The translations under genes were made by a program, and so were the position numbers. Source: Cycas panzhihuaensis (taxonomy: Eukaryota; Plantae; Cycadophyta). From it: a stretch of 64,000 bases of DNA. The stretch lies in assembly GCA_023213395.1 (NCBI GenBank), contig CM041465.1:245465741-245529740 (forward strand). Reading direction: 5' to 3'. Below are positions 40,210-51,000 of the stretch, in pieces (the first letter of the stretch is position 1; each line of letters starts with the position of its first letter). The notes below the pieces were generated by a model. That model was not told where the DNA came from. It saw nothing but the letters and a program-made list of their open reading frames with translations, and made no database searches.

Positions 40210-42920
40210 AAACTTATGTGCACAATTTGACGAAAAACAATTTTGCATAATGATGTATATAAGATTGCAAAATGAACAGAAAGTGTGACAGGAAATGAAA
40301 GAAAGTTAAAAGAAGATATTTGCAGAAAAGAAAAATGAACGCGAAGTGGATGACAAACCTTGTATGGTTACACACATCAAACTTGTTAATTCCAAGTCAG
40401 AGATTTCACAATGAACAGAAATTATGCATAAACTTTGGAAATTTACCCAGAATTCACAAGATAACAACTAAATGAACTCCATATAAACCCAAAGATAACA
40501 AGGCATTAAGAGTAAGAGATAGAATGAGCAATGATTCTTTTAGGAAAATAAAATTTTCACAGAATTAAATATCCGTGCCCATTCAACACTTCCACCAGAT
40601 AATGGTTAAGTAGGGGAAGAATATAATATGTACATTCTCATTGAAATTACTCAATGCACCAGATAACAGCTAAATGAACTTCAAATGTTTTCAATGAAAA
40701 TTTGAGAGTTCCATAAAAAAAAAGAATGAGCCCATTGGCTAACTCATTCATCTTAGATTTAACCTCTCACAGGAGGTGCAATAATGGTCCTTACAATTAA
40801 GGAGCCCCTAACAAGTTACTCTAAGCTATTGTTGTGCTTCTGCCTATAGGCCAAGATTCTCATGTGGGTTTATTCTGAGATGTTCCAAGCCTGAAAGGAT
40901 AAGAAATAATCAACATTCAGTAAAGATTTTATGGAGTCCTACGTTCTCTGTAAAATTTGATAAGAGAGGATAGAAGAGAAAATGGAAGGAAAAAGATGAT
41001 AAGAGGTGGTAATTGTACTGGTATAGACCAAGTGACAATTAACCCTTCTTTCTTCAAAATTTGCCCTTTATGGTTGTTATTTTGAGTTGTAACTACTTCC
41101 ATCTGGCATGGTGTCTCTTCAATTGCCTGAGCTGTTACAACTATCCAGTTTTGAAGTAAATTGTTTAGCTAAGGTGGTGTTTACCAATACTAAGTCCAGT
41201 TCCTTTAGATTCTTTTATCATACTACTAATAATTTTCAGACTCTTATTTTTTGAGCTTCTCTCTTCTTTTGTTTTTGTGTGAAGCTAAGTTAGCAGTTTC
41301 TTTTCTGGTATATACTTTTCCTTGGTCATGTATCTTCTACAAAGCGATTTAGAAAAAAGACAGTTCCTTCAAATCTCTCAGTCAACACCACTCCATTTTT
41401 AGGATCACATTTGTCCATACTTCATCATTCAAAACCTTTTTCTTACGTATTAGTATATCAAAATTTTACAATCACCATGCATCCTACTAATTATCAATTT
41501 CATCCTTTTGGAAGACCTGTTGTGAAGTGAATTTGATGCCTAAGTACACCATCTATATATAAAACTCTGATATTTCTTGTGAATTACCTGCACATATGCT
41601 ACAAAATTACCTACTGACAAAAGAAATTTTGATAATTTTTTTTGAATTTATAGCTTGTATATTATATCTCTTGTTTGTCCTCGTCAGGAGCTCACCATTT
41701 TCCTTTGCTGAGCAAAAACACTATAAATTGCTTATGCCTAAACTGAATAATGTCTCTCCTCCTTTTGAGTAAATCATCCTAGTGTCAATATCAATTCTTC
41801 CAACGCAAGCCTGCTTACTGTTAGGTTTATAATTTTTTTTCCAGTTACACTTCACACCAGGCTTAGTCTTGACCATGATTTATTCTTCTTTGAAAGCCTG
41901 CTTCTCAGAAACTCAGAAATATTTCAAGAAATTATTTTAGAATTTCAGATTTCCTTCCAATACTTGAAGAAACTTCTCCCAAACTTGGAGTTCTCTTCAC
42001 GTATCGTATTTTGGGCTCCTCTCATTTGCAAAATTTCTGCAAATAATGTGAAAAGAGCTTACAGATTGATATTTCATTGCTTGTTTGCTCACACACTTCT
42101 GCAATAAATGAGTGTCAAGTGTGTCGTGTCCATTGGTTGTTCCGTAATACGCACTCTTGTCAATCAGTTAGGCCTTTATTATTCAGTTTCATATTTGTTG
42201 GGTGTAGAAATATATATAATAAGACTCATATGCCTTTTGTTTCTTTTGTTCTGTTTCACTTAATGTTCAACATGCAAAAGAGAAGTTGCAAAGTGTGAAG
42301 CCGTATGGTGGGTCCCATTCATCATAACGTCTCAAGTAACCTGAGCACTTGACAACTTTGCACCTCATGGAATCAATAATCACTTTTAATCTCAAACTTG
42401 TAAGTGAATTGGTGGGATGCGAGGAGGGAAATCTTTTTCCTTATGAGGCTTGGGTGACTTTCCTTTTCTATCAGAACTGTTATTACTCTGCATGCTTGCA
42501 CTTCGCAAGCTCATTCGTCACTTGAAATTTCATGCTCTCAAGTGAAACTGCGGAGAGCAAGAAGCAAGGCGTAAAATTTCCATGGACTCAGTAAATTCTT
42601 CTCCTGGACTCCATGAAGTCTTTTCTGTTTGAAGAGCCAACTTTTGTACTCTGCTTCTTTGCAATTCTCTTGCTGCATTTGATACTGGAACATTTTGTGA
42701 AATACAAAGTAGAAAGAACAGAGTTGCAACTGGCGTTATCATAATAAATTCACGAAGAGATAGCTATGGTGGTGGAAATACATTGCGCTGCATAAAGAAT
42801 ATTGGCAAGTGAGTTCTGATTGTAAATGTGATATAACTTTTTACTTTTGCTGGGATCTAGTTACGCAGTTACAAGAAGAACCTTAATATATACTGAGTGT
42901 ACCCATATTGTTTTCAAACA

Positions 42921-43358
42921 CCTTTTTTATTTCCTGGATCATTATATAGAGGAATTTGTTTTGGGATTTTTTACATAGTTTCTGCGTTTGTTTTATTGTG
43001 GGGTTTTAAATCTGAAGTTGTTAATATGCTTACTATCATTTCTAAAGCCTGTGATCCGGCCAATTGTCTATTCTCTCTTTTTAATAAATAAAATATTTAT
43101 CATTGTTTATGGATGTTTGTGTCTCTTACTCACGTATAACATCCTTTTTATTTCCTGGATCATTATATAGAGGAATTTGTTTTGGGATTTTATACATAGT
43201 CTCTGTGTTTGTTTTATTGTGGGGTTTTAAATCTGAAGTTGTGAGTATGCTTACTATCATTTCCAAAGCCTGTGATTTGGCCAATTGTCTATTCTTTCTT
43301 TTTAATAAATAAAATATTTATCATTGTTTATGGACATTTGTGTCTCTGACTCATGTAT
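42921..43358 (+). repeat. ~220-bp tandem duplication of intron sequence just upstream of an RRP12 acceptor
   Basis: Copies at ~42921-43137 and ~43143-43358 are near-identical, also visible as twin ORFs 42897 and 43103. Confidence 0.93.
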
Positions 43359-43363
43359 TGTAG

Positions 43364-43542
43364 GCAACCATTGGAGACATAGCGTCTATATCTGACAAGG
43401 CAATTGTCAAAGATTTCTTTATCTCTGCCATGCAAAAGCTTCTCAAAGTAACTCAAGAGGCAGCTAATTCTGTTCAAGAAAGCAAAGCAACTTCTATGCC
43501 AATTGATGGTTCAAATGTTGGAGAGACATCCACATCAACAAG
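43364..43542 (+). CDS. RRP12: RRP12-like protein internal exon (ATIGDIASISDKAIVKDFFISAMQKLLKVTQEA...STR)
   Basis: tag|GCA...AAG|gtaag, 179 bp, ends in phase 2. MQKLLKVTQEA matches plant RRP12 as I recall it. Confidence 0.88.
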
Positions 43543-43812
43543 GTAAGCTTTGATTTTCTTGATATTTTGCCTTGTGACATTTAAGATTTCCAGTGGCAAA
43601 AGCTTGTATGTAAAAGTAGGAGTTCTCAGTCTTCCTGGGTATGTGGAATTGATATTCTGACCTATGCAGATAGCCTCTACCAGATACATGCTTCTGTTAA
43701 TGCCTTTCTTTAAAATTTTATCAAGGATAGGGAGTGCTAGGTTTCATTGGAATGTATGCAGCATGTATATCACAGGCAGCATAGCAAATTCTAATCCTGA
43801 CAGCAAATGCAG

Positions 43813-43906
43813 GGCCCAGCTTTTTGATCTGGCAGCATCCCTTCTGCAAGGTCTAGATGTTGAAGCAGTTAATATGCTATTCATTGCTACAAAACCAGCC
43901 TTGCAG
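43813..43906 (+). CDS. RRP12: RRP12-like exon (RAQLFDLAASLLQGLDVEAVNMLFIATKPALQ)
   Basis: cag|G...CAG|gt, 94 bp, restores the frame. Confidence 0.9.
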
Positions 43907-44008
43907 GTTGTGGATTTGTGATTACTTCCTTGAATTTTCTCTCCTTTGCTATTTCTTGTAAAAGGAAGGGAAAGTGCTAAATTTTGAATCATTACTGATT
44001 AATTGTAG

Positions 44009-44065
44009 GATGATGAGGGCTTGGTTCAGAAAAAGGCATATAAGGTTCTTGCAAGCATTTTCAAG
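44009..44065 (+). CDS. RRP12: RRP12-like exon (DDEGLVQKKAYKVLASIFK)
   Basis: tag|GAT...AAG|gtatg, 57 bp. QKKAYKVL is a hallmark RRP12 motif. Confidence 0.92.
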
Positions 44066-44245
44066 GTATGGTCTGGTGATCATGCAGTGTTGGCTGACGT
44101 TAAATCCATTTCTGTTATATGTTGTGCTGAAACATTTCAGTTTCACCCATTTGTCAGAAGTTCATCTATGATGTTTGTGATTGTAGAATCTTAATGGTAA
44201 CTCTTCCAAGCACACTAGTGATTATCTTCCTTGTATACTGGACAG

Positions 44246-44380
44246 GAACATACAAGCTTTCTTGCTAGTAAACTAGATGAGATATTTGAACTTATGGTCA
44301 CAACGATGCCATTCTGCCATTTTTCTGCCAAGCGACATCGTCTTGACTGCTTGCACTATTTAATAATTCACATCTCAAAG
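44246..44380 (+). CDS. RRP12: RRP12-like exon (EHTSFLASKLDEIFELMVTTMPFCHFSAKRHRLDCLHYLIIHISK)
   Basis: cag|GAA...AAG|gtcag, 135 bp. CHFSAKRHRLDCL motif. Confidence 0.92.
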
Positions 44381-44734
44381 GTCAGTCTGTTGATGAAGCT
44401 TATTATTTTAGTTGTGGATCTTCGTTGTTTGAAATTAAAGTTGCATTGTTTAAGAATCAGCGCGGTCATCTATGGGAGAGTTAAGATGCTAAAAAATGAT
44501 AGATTATTTAAAAGCTTTAGGTTGTCCTTGTGATGGATGACATTTGTTTGCTATTATTTATTTTATTTTGCTGCTCATGGATTCCTGCATTTTTTAATGA
44601 TTGTCTTCTTTGGCAAGACCTGTAATTGATGAGCCCTTTTTGGGTAATGCTAGATTCAGTCTTAAATTGAGTAGAATAGAGTTCTATAATTGGTGTGAGC
44701 TGTCTAAAAGTGTAGTTTGTGAACTTGGATGTAG

Positions 44735-44803
44735 GCCGGAGAAGAGAGGAAAAATGGAGGCATTGCTTGCTTTCTTACTGAAATAATACTTGCTGTAAAG
44801 GAA
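44735..44803 (+). CDS. RRP12: RRP12-like exon (AGEERKNGGIACFLTEIILAVKE)
   Basis: tag|GCC...GAA|gtaagt, 69 bp. FLTEIILAxKE motif. Acceptor position slightly uncertain. Confidence 0.85.
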
Positions 44804-45149
44804 GTAAGTAACCATATATTTGGTGATTTTAATTTGTTATTGTGAAGGTTTAGGCATATATGTTTCTTTTTTATGAAAATAGAGCGTTTGTCTCTCAAGA
44901 GTATAATTTTATTAGGAGGGCTTGTCCCAAGCTGAAAGGCAGTGCAAACATGTGAGCAATCAATAATTAGAGACAAGCATTAATGAATATTTTTTGGGTT
45001 GGGGGGTGTAAAGAAAAAAGGAAACAAGAAGGTAAAACAAGAAACAAAATGGTATGGTAGGACTTCATGATGTAAGTGGTTGTGTGCTAAACAATAGTGA
45101 AGAGGAAGTGTATTAGTGACTTGTAATACAACAAGTCCAGATGGGTCCC

Positions 45150-46720
45150 ATTTGTAAATGATTAGTATGTCTGATTATCCTTTACAGTCACTATAAAGTC
45201 CCCCAAAACCTATCAGAGAAGAGCATCATGGGATGACATGTTTGCCATGGGTCTGTACCGTGTAATCTGCAGTGGTATCTTGGAACTGCCTCCCCTTGTA
45301 GTGGTAACTGGCAGCATCCTAGGGCGTGGAAGTGGATGAGATACCTTGTCTGTCATCCAAGGCCAAGTCTCTCCAAATAGACGTGAAGAATCTTGTGATG
45401 GGATCACATTTAGGGGTTCCCTGGAGAGGTATCTCTTATCCCTGTGGTGCATTGTTCTATTATTATTATTTTTTGGTGTGGGGGGTGGGGGGGGGGTGTG
45501 GGCTGGTGGTGGGGGAGGGGTGGGGGTTGGTCCTCCAACGCTGGTGTGGTCTGCTGGGTACATGAGCATCCCCCATAAATGCTTGGGAAGATGGGCAAGG
45601 TCTTGTTGATCTTTGAGATATCTGGACCCATGGGGCATTTTTCCTAAATAGAGGGTGTTCAGACTGAAAGAATGAAGTAATAAGTTGAGGATCGCCAGTC
45701 CTTTGAGAGCCTCCACACACAAGATGTCATTGATGGGTGGAGAGTTCCCTGACAAATAGAGCCAGACATATCTAATATTTGTATCTAAAGGAAGTACTCT
45801 GGGATTCACTTGCCCAACAGAAAAGACATCAAAACTGGCCCCTGATGTCATAAAATATTGGACACTAGAATATGAAATGCTCCTTCATCTCAGGCTCTTT
45901 GGAGCATAATCTACAGATGTGGTGCTCGCTAGGAATATGGTGATGTGTCTCGACTCTCAAACTGATGGGAGCATACTCTGACTTGTCCCAAAGCGAACCC
46001 CTCTCCACATGAGCAGTGTCGTCAAAGATAGCTAGCGTGGATTATGATCCCATATGAAATATGTAAGAAATGTCTAGAATAGAGGGCATTTTTAGGGCTG
46101 ATGGCCTTGGGTGGCACTATCCATGTGGCTTGCATGTATGCTTTATAAATATCTTTCCCGATGCACTCATTAATCTGTCTGTGTTAGCTGGAGATTAAGA
46201 GCCTCTAAGGAGAACTTGTATTGATGCAGTCTATCTATGGTGATTCCTACAGTCTGAAGCAAAGAGGAGACTTACAATATTAGCACTGTTTGCATGAAAA
46301 GCAAGACACGTGGTCTAATCTCTGAGATGAACAAAGAGCTAGATAAGGGTATTTGGCTATCTCAGAGGCAGTATCAGCCATATGTAAAACCTTGGATAGG
46401 TATGACATTGATCTGAATGTAGTATCAAACTTAGCTTGAATAATGCACTGTGGGACTATATGCTTACAGTTTGTAATATGTTGAAGCATAATGGTTTGTA
46501 CTCTCTCAACCAATGCCCAATTTGTTTGGTAAAGATTCAATCCCTAAATATTTGTGCCATAAAGAGCTGTTGGCTTCACAAGAGCATCAAAAAGTTGCAT
46601 CTTGGAGGCAATATCCTGTGAGATAACGTGGAAGCATTGCTTTTCTAAGGTTGTAAGTAATGCCTATACGAGAAAACTGCTTTCCCAAGAATACACAAGA
46701 GTGTTCATATTTGAAGGCAC
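45150..46720 (-). mobile_element. Decayed non-LTR retrotransposon (LINE) 3' portion, target of insertion J
   Basis: Minus-strand LFDALVKPTALYGTNI*G, WALVERVQTIML and C-terminal Cys/His finger HICRLC...EHFIF*CPIFYDIR. Left boundary approximate. Confidence 0.75.
45475..45530 (+). repeat. G-rich tract (G-quadruplex-compatible), next to (TAT)n
   Basis: Several runs of 3 or more G separated by short loops. Confidence 0.7.
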
Positions 46721-47340
46721 TGTGTGCGGCCAAAATACTCAGTTATTTTGAGCAATTGGCAGTTAAGAAGTTATTTTGGCTGAAGACAGGTGCAATAGCA
46801 CTGACTGCAGGTGCAACCAGGTGCAACAACAGATGCAACCAGGTCCAACAACGCTTACTGTAGGTGCGACCAAGTGCAACCAGTACAGACTGCAGGTGCG
46901 ACCAGGTGCAACCAGTACTGACTGCAGGTGCAACCAGTGCTGACAGAAGCACAGTTGGGTGCAACTCAGAGGTGCAACCCGGGCAGGAGTAATGTGATTA
47001 GGGCAGCAACTTAAAAACTTGGGCTGCATTAGTTAGGACCCAGAACAAGAAAAACTGTAAAGCAATTATTTAAATATGTAACTGTATAAAAGAATATAAA
47101 GGACAGAACGGGGATATCTCGGAAATCATAGGAGAGAAATCTTATCCGTGCCATTGTACATTCTTGTGGGCTGTCTTAATTTCTGTTGTGATTGCTCAAG
47201 CCTGCGTCTGGTTGTGAGAGGACTAGAAGCAGTGCCCTTTTTTGTCTAATGAAGTTGGTTAATTGTGTTCAAAACCTGCGTCTTTCTTGCATGATTCTGT
47301 TATGAGTATGTGAGTCTGTAGTAAGATAGGCGCACACATT

Positions 47341-47355
47341 TGGTTCCGTTGCCGG
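47341..47355 (+). promoter_or_regulatory. Primer-binding site complementary to the tRNA-Glu 3' end
   Basis: TGGTTCCGTTGCCGG, 2 bp after the LTR, is the complement of CCGGCAACGGAACCA. tRNA identity is from recall. Confidence 0.7.
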
Positions 47356-48049
47356 ATATCCCAAATGAAAAAAAAAAGAGATGAGGGTTTTGTGAAGAAC
47401 GAGTGAGGAAAGCTGTCCATGCCACCTAGGGCCAATTCGGTGAGAAAAGTTGAGACCAGACAGGAAGGAATCCAGCACTGGGAGGTGGAGAAAAGCTAGG
47501 AAGGCACTCGCAGACCCAAGGAGCTGGTTGAAAAGAAGTCGGTGAAGAAAAGAGTTTTGAAGGGGACAGAAGAGGAAGTCGGTGAAGAAAAGAGAATCAA
47601 GGAGAGGAAAGAATAAAAGAGGCCCAGGAGGACAGGCGGCAGCCAGAGACAGAAAATTCAAAGCAAACAGAAGATAAGGATGAGCAAATTCTTGAAGCAG
47701 ATCAGGGTACCCTAGAAGAGGGAAAAACAATTAGTCTAGAAGTATACAATACAACCACAGTAGGGTGGGACTGCTACATTGTGGAAGTTAAAGACTCCCA
47801 TGCCCATGTATTAAATCCTTTGTTCAATAGAATGACTGAAATGTTTTTAGGCTCAACATTCTTGGAAGAAAGTCCAGAAAGTGCAGCCTTAAATCAAGGT
47901 AGGAGTGAAGGAGGAGGAGCAAGCACAACAAGGAATACAAACAAGACTGGGCAAGGCGGATCAAATTCTTCAGGCCCAACAAACATGATGCAAAGACAAT
48001 CAACTGGGGGAGGAAATCAGACAACCTCTCCATACGTAATAGTCTAGAA

Positions 48050-51000
48050 TGATGCAATGTTTGGGCATCTTCAGTTTGATGGCTCAAGAGATCCTTGAGA
48101 TCATTTGGCCTTATTTTCCGACATGCTGAAAATCAAGAAAATCGAAGACCCAGAAGAGATCAAGGCAAGATTCTTCTCCACATTGCGAGGAGTAGCAATA
48201 GCTTGGTACCAATATGTGGCGAAGACAAACCCTACTTGGGAAACGATGTAGACACAGTTCTTGGACAGATTCCAGCGATTAAGGGATCCAATGTCCATAT
48301 TTTAGGCTTTGGAAGAAATCTAGCAAGTGCCAGGTGAGTTGGTAAACGATTTTGATGGCAGACTCAGAATTATTCTGAACAAAATGGATCCTGTCATACC
48401 TTTGAATCCAATGCTGTCCTTAAAGCCTCATTTAAAGGAAAAAATCATTTTTCATCCATTAAATAGTTATGAACAAGTAAAGGAATTTGCGCTGCAATTT
48501 AAGAATCAAATGAGAACAGGATACTTACAAACCGGAACCCAGAATGAGGGGCAAATAGACCTACCCCAATGGACAATAAATTCAGAAGTTGAAACTTTGA
48601 GAAGAGAAGTAGAATTATTGAAACAACAATCCTCGTTGGTACTTGCTGGAGTAAATCAGCAGAATGAAGAAATTGAGAAATTGAGGGCAGGGATAGCTAC
48701 ATTGAAAGTGGGGAAATCTCGAGAAAATATTTGGTGCCCCCCTCCTTGTGGACAGCCAGGACACTTTAAGAATGAGCATCAACAGATGGAAAGACGTTGG
48801 TGTGACATCTGCAAAAGAGGGAACCACTACACATGGGAATGCTATTATAAAAATCCAATAAGAGAATCTTTTTATCAAAGAAAAGAAAATTCTTCCTTTA
48901 AGCAGTATAAAGGAAAAACAAAACCAATCTATTGCCACTTATGTTCTAGATGGGGACATTTTCGGACAGACTGCCCACTGCAAAAATGAGGAGGAGATTA
49001 TATCTGCGAGGAATGCGGCCCAGCAGATCATGAATGGGCAAACTGCCCAAAGAATCCCTATCTGAAAATATAGACTTCTAACCTGGTAACAAAGGTTCCA
49101 AACAAGGAATAACCAGTTTACATTCAAACAAGAAGTGGAAAAATCACTGTTGCACCAACTATAGAAAATTGTCCTGATCCAGCAGTAGAAAAAAGAAAAT
49201 TACGAGAAGCTGTTGAAGCCATACAAGAGGCAACAAAGACAGTGCAGTAAAACGAAATAGAGCAAGCAAATAGGTTTAAAGGCCAAGTCTACCAGAGGCG
49301 ACCGATGATGCGTGAAGAACAACTGGGAAAAAATTCTTGGCAAAAATTGCAAGATATGAAGGAATTGTTGATGGAGTCAGGAATTTTTATTCCTGTGACT
49401 ACAATTTTTAGATGGTGGGAAGCCGGCTATTTCTAGCAGGCAATTTTGGATCAGATTGAGAAGCCTATATTGCGAGCCTTGAAGATAGATTCAACTGATC
49501 CAAGGGTCCCTGTTGCTCTTTTTGGTGCAATGATTTGTAAAACTATTGTAGATGGTGGATTGGGAGTAAATGTGCTTTCAGAAACCACATGGATTTCATT
49601 GTGATGGCCGGAAATGGTTTCCCTAGATTATGCAATTAGATTGGCCAATCAATTGCAAGTTCGACCAATGGGATCTCTGTTGAATATCCCAGTTACAGTG
49701 GCAGGAATCACAGTGTGTTTAATTTTACAGTTGTGAGGATGCAAAATCATAACAAAACATATCCTGCACTTTTGGGAGGACCGTGGCTACTTGTAACAGA
49801 AGCATAGCAAGATTGGGGAAAACTGACTGTTACTCTGCACTCTACAGGAAAGAAAGTAGTATTACCTCTTTGTTCGGATGGACCCCAGATAGAAAACGTG
49901 GAAGATATAGATACGACATCGACAACTCGCTTCCATGACCACAATCGGCCCTTGTTCGGAAACGACGTTCCAGGTCTTAAAAACTCCTCCTCAGCTTCCA
50001 AGTGAGACCTCATTAGCCTATCTCTTGGACTGGCTGTAGTCAGCATGGGAAGAAGCAGAAGGTAAATTTTCAAATTGCTATTTGATGGAATTATGCCTGG
50101 ACAAGCAACAACAAGAGCAAAAAAAAAGATGGTAATCTTGTAACTTGGGAGAAAGGGAGTTATTTAAAAAATTTTTCTTGCAATAAAATTCAAATTGATT
50201 GCTTGTATTCTCTGTCTAAAAGTTTGCCAATAGGAAATTGTTTGGCTGAAATTCGTAGGCAGACAAAGATTCCTTCTTTTGTTGAGAAAAAGAATTGTTA
50301 TAATATGAATCTAGAAGAAGCAAGAAAATTTTCACAAACATATTCTATTATAGAATATGGACAAAGGGAGATTTGTCAGGTACCGGCCTATGGGCTAAAT
50401 TCAAATGGAAAAACCATTCAAAAAAGGCAGCTCCCACTGAAATCAATCAATATTGGGACAAAGGAAGATCCGAAATGGATACAAGTAGGAGATTATTGGA
50501 GCCCAGAGTGATAAAGAAAGCGACATCACTTTTTCGTGAATACAAGGATGTGTTCGCATGGTCCTATAAGGACCTAAAGGGAATCCCTCCAGAAGTGGGT
50601 GAATCCCTCCAGAAGTGGGTGAACATAAGATTGACTTGAAAGAAAATGCGAAACCATTAAGGCAAAGACCTTACAGGATGAACCCGCGATACAAAGAACA
50701 AGTCAAAGTTGAGCTGGATAAATTGTTAGAAGCCGGGTATATTTTTGAAGTAGAAAACAGTGAATGGGTAAGCCCAGTGGTGGTAGTACCCAAAAGAATG
50801 AAAAACTTCGTGTATGTGTTGATTATAGGGCTTTAAATAAAGCCACAAAGAAGGATCCATTTCCAATACCCTTCACAGAAGATATTTTGGAAAAAGTAGC
50901 AGGGCATGAGATATTCTCATTCACAGATGGGTTCAACGGATACGATCAGGTCTGGATAGCACCTGAAGACTAGTTGAAGACAACATTTGTCACAGAATGG

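Noticed and set aside
45213-45851. 212-aa proline-rich minus-strand ORF as a gene
   Set aside because: The proline run comes from a G-rich simple tract in the LINE 3' region and there is no recognisable domain.
46787-46980. Short regularly spaced repeats as a CRISPR-like array
   Set aside because: No unique spacers, present in both LTRs, and the context is eukaryotic.
47341-47355. tRNA gene
   Set aside because: Only 15 nt complementary to a tRNA 3' end, next to an LTR, so it is a PBS.
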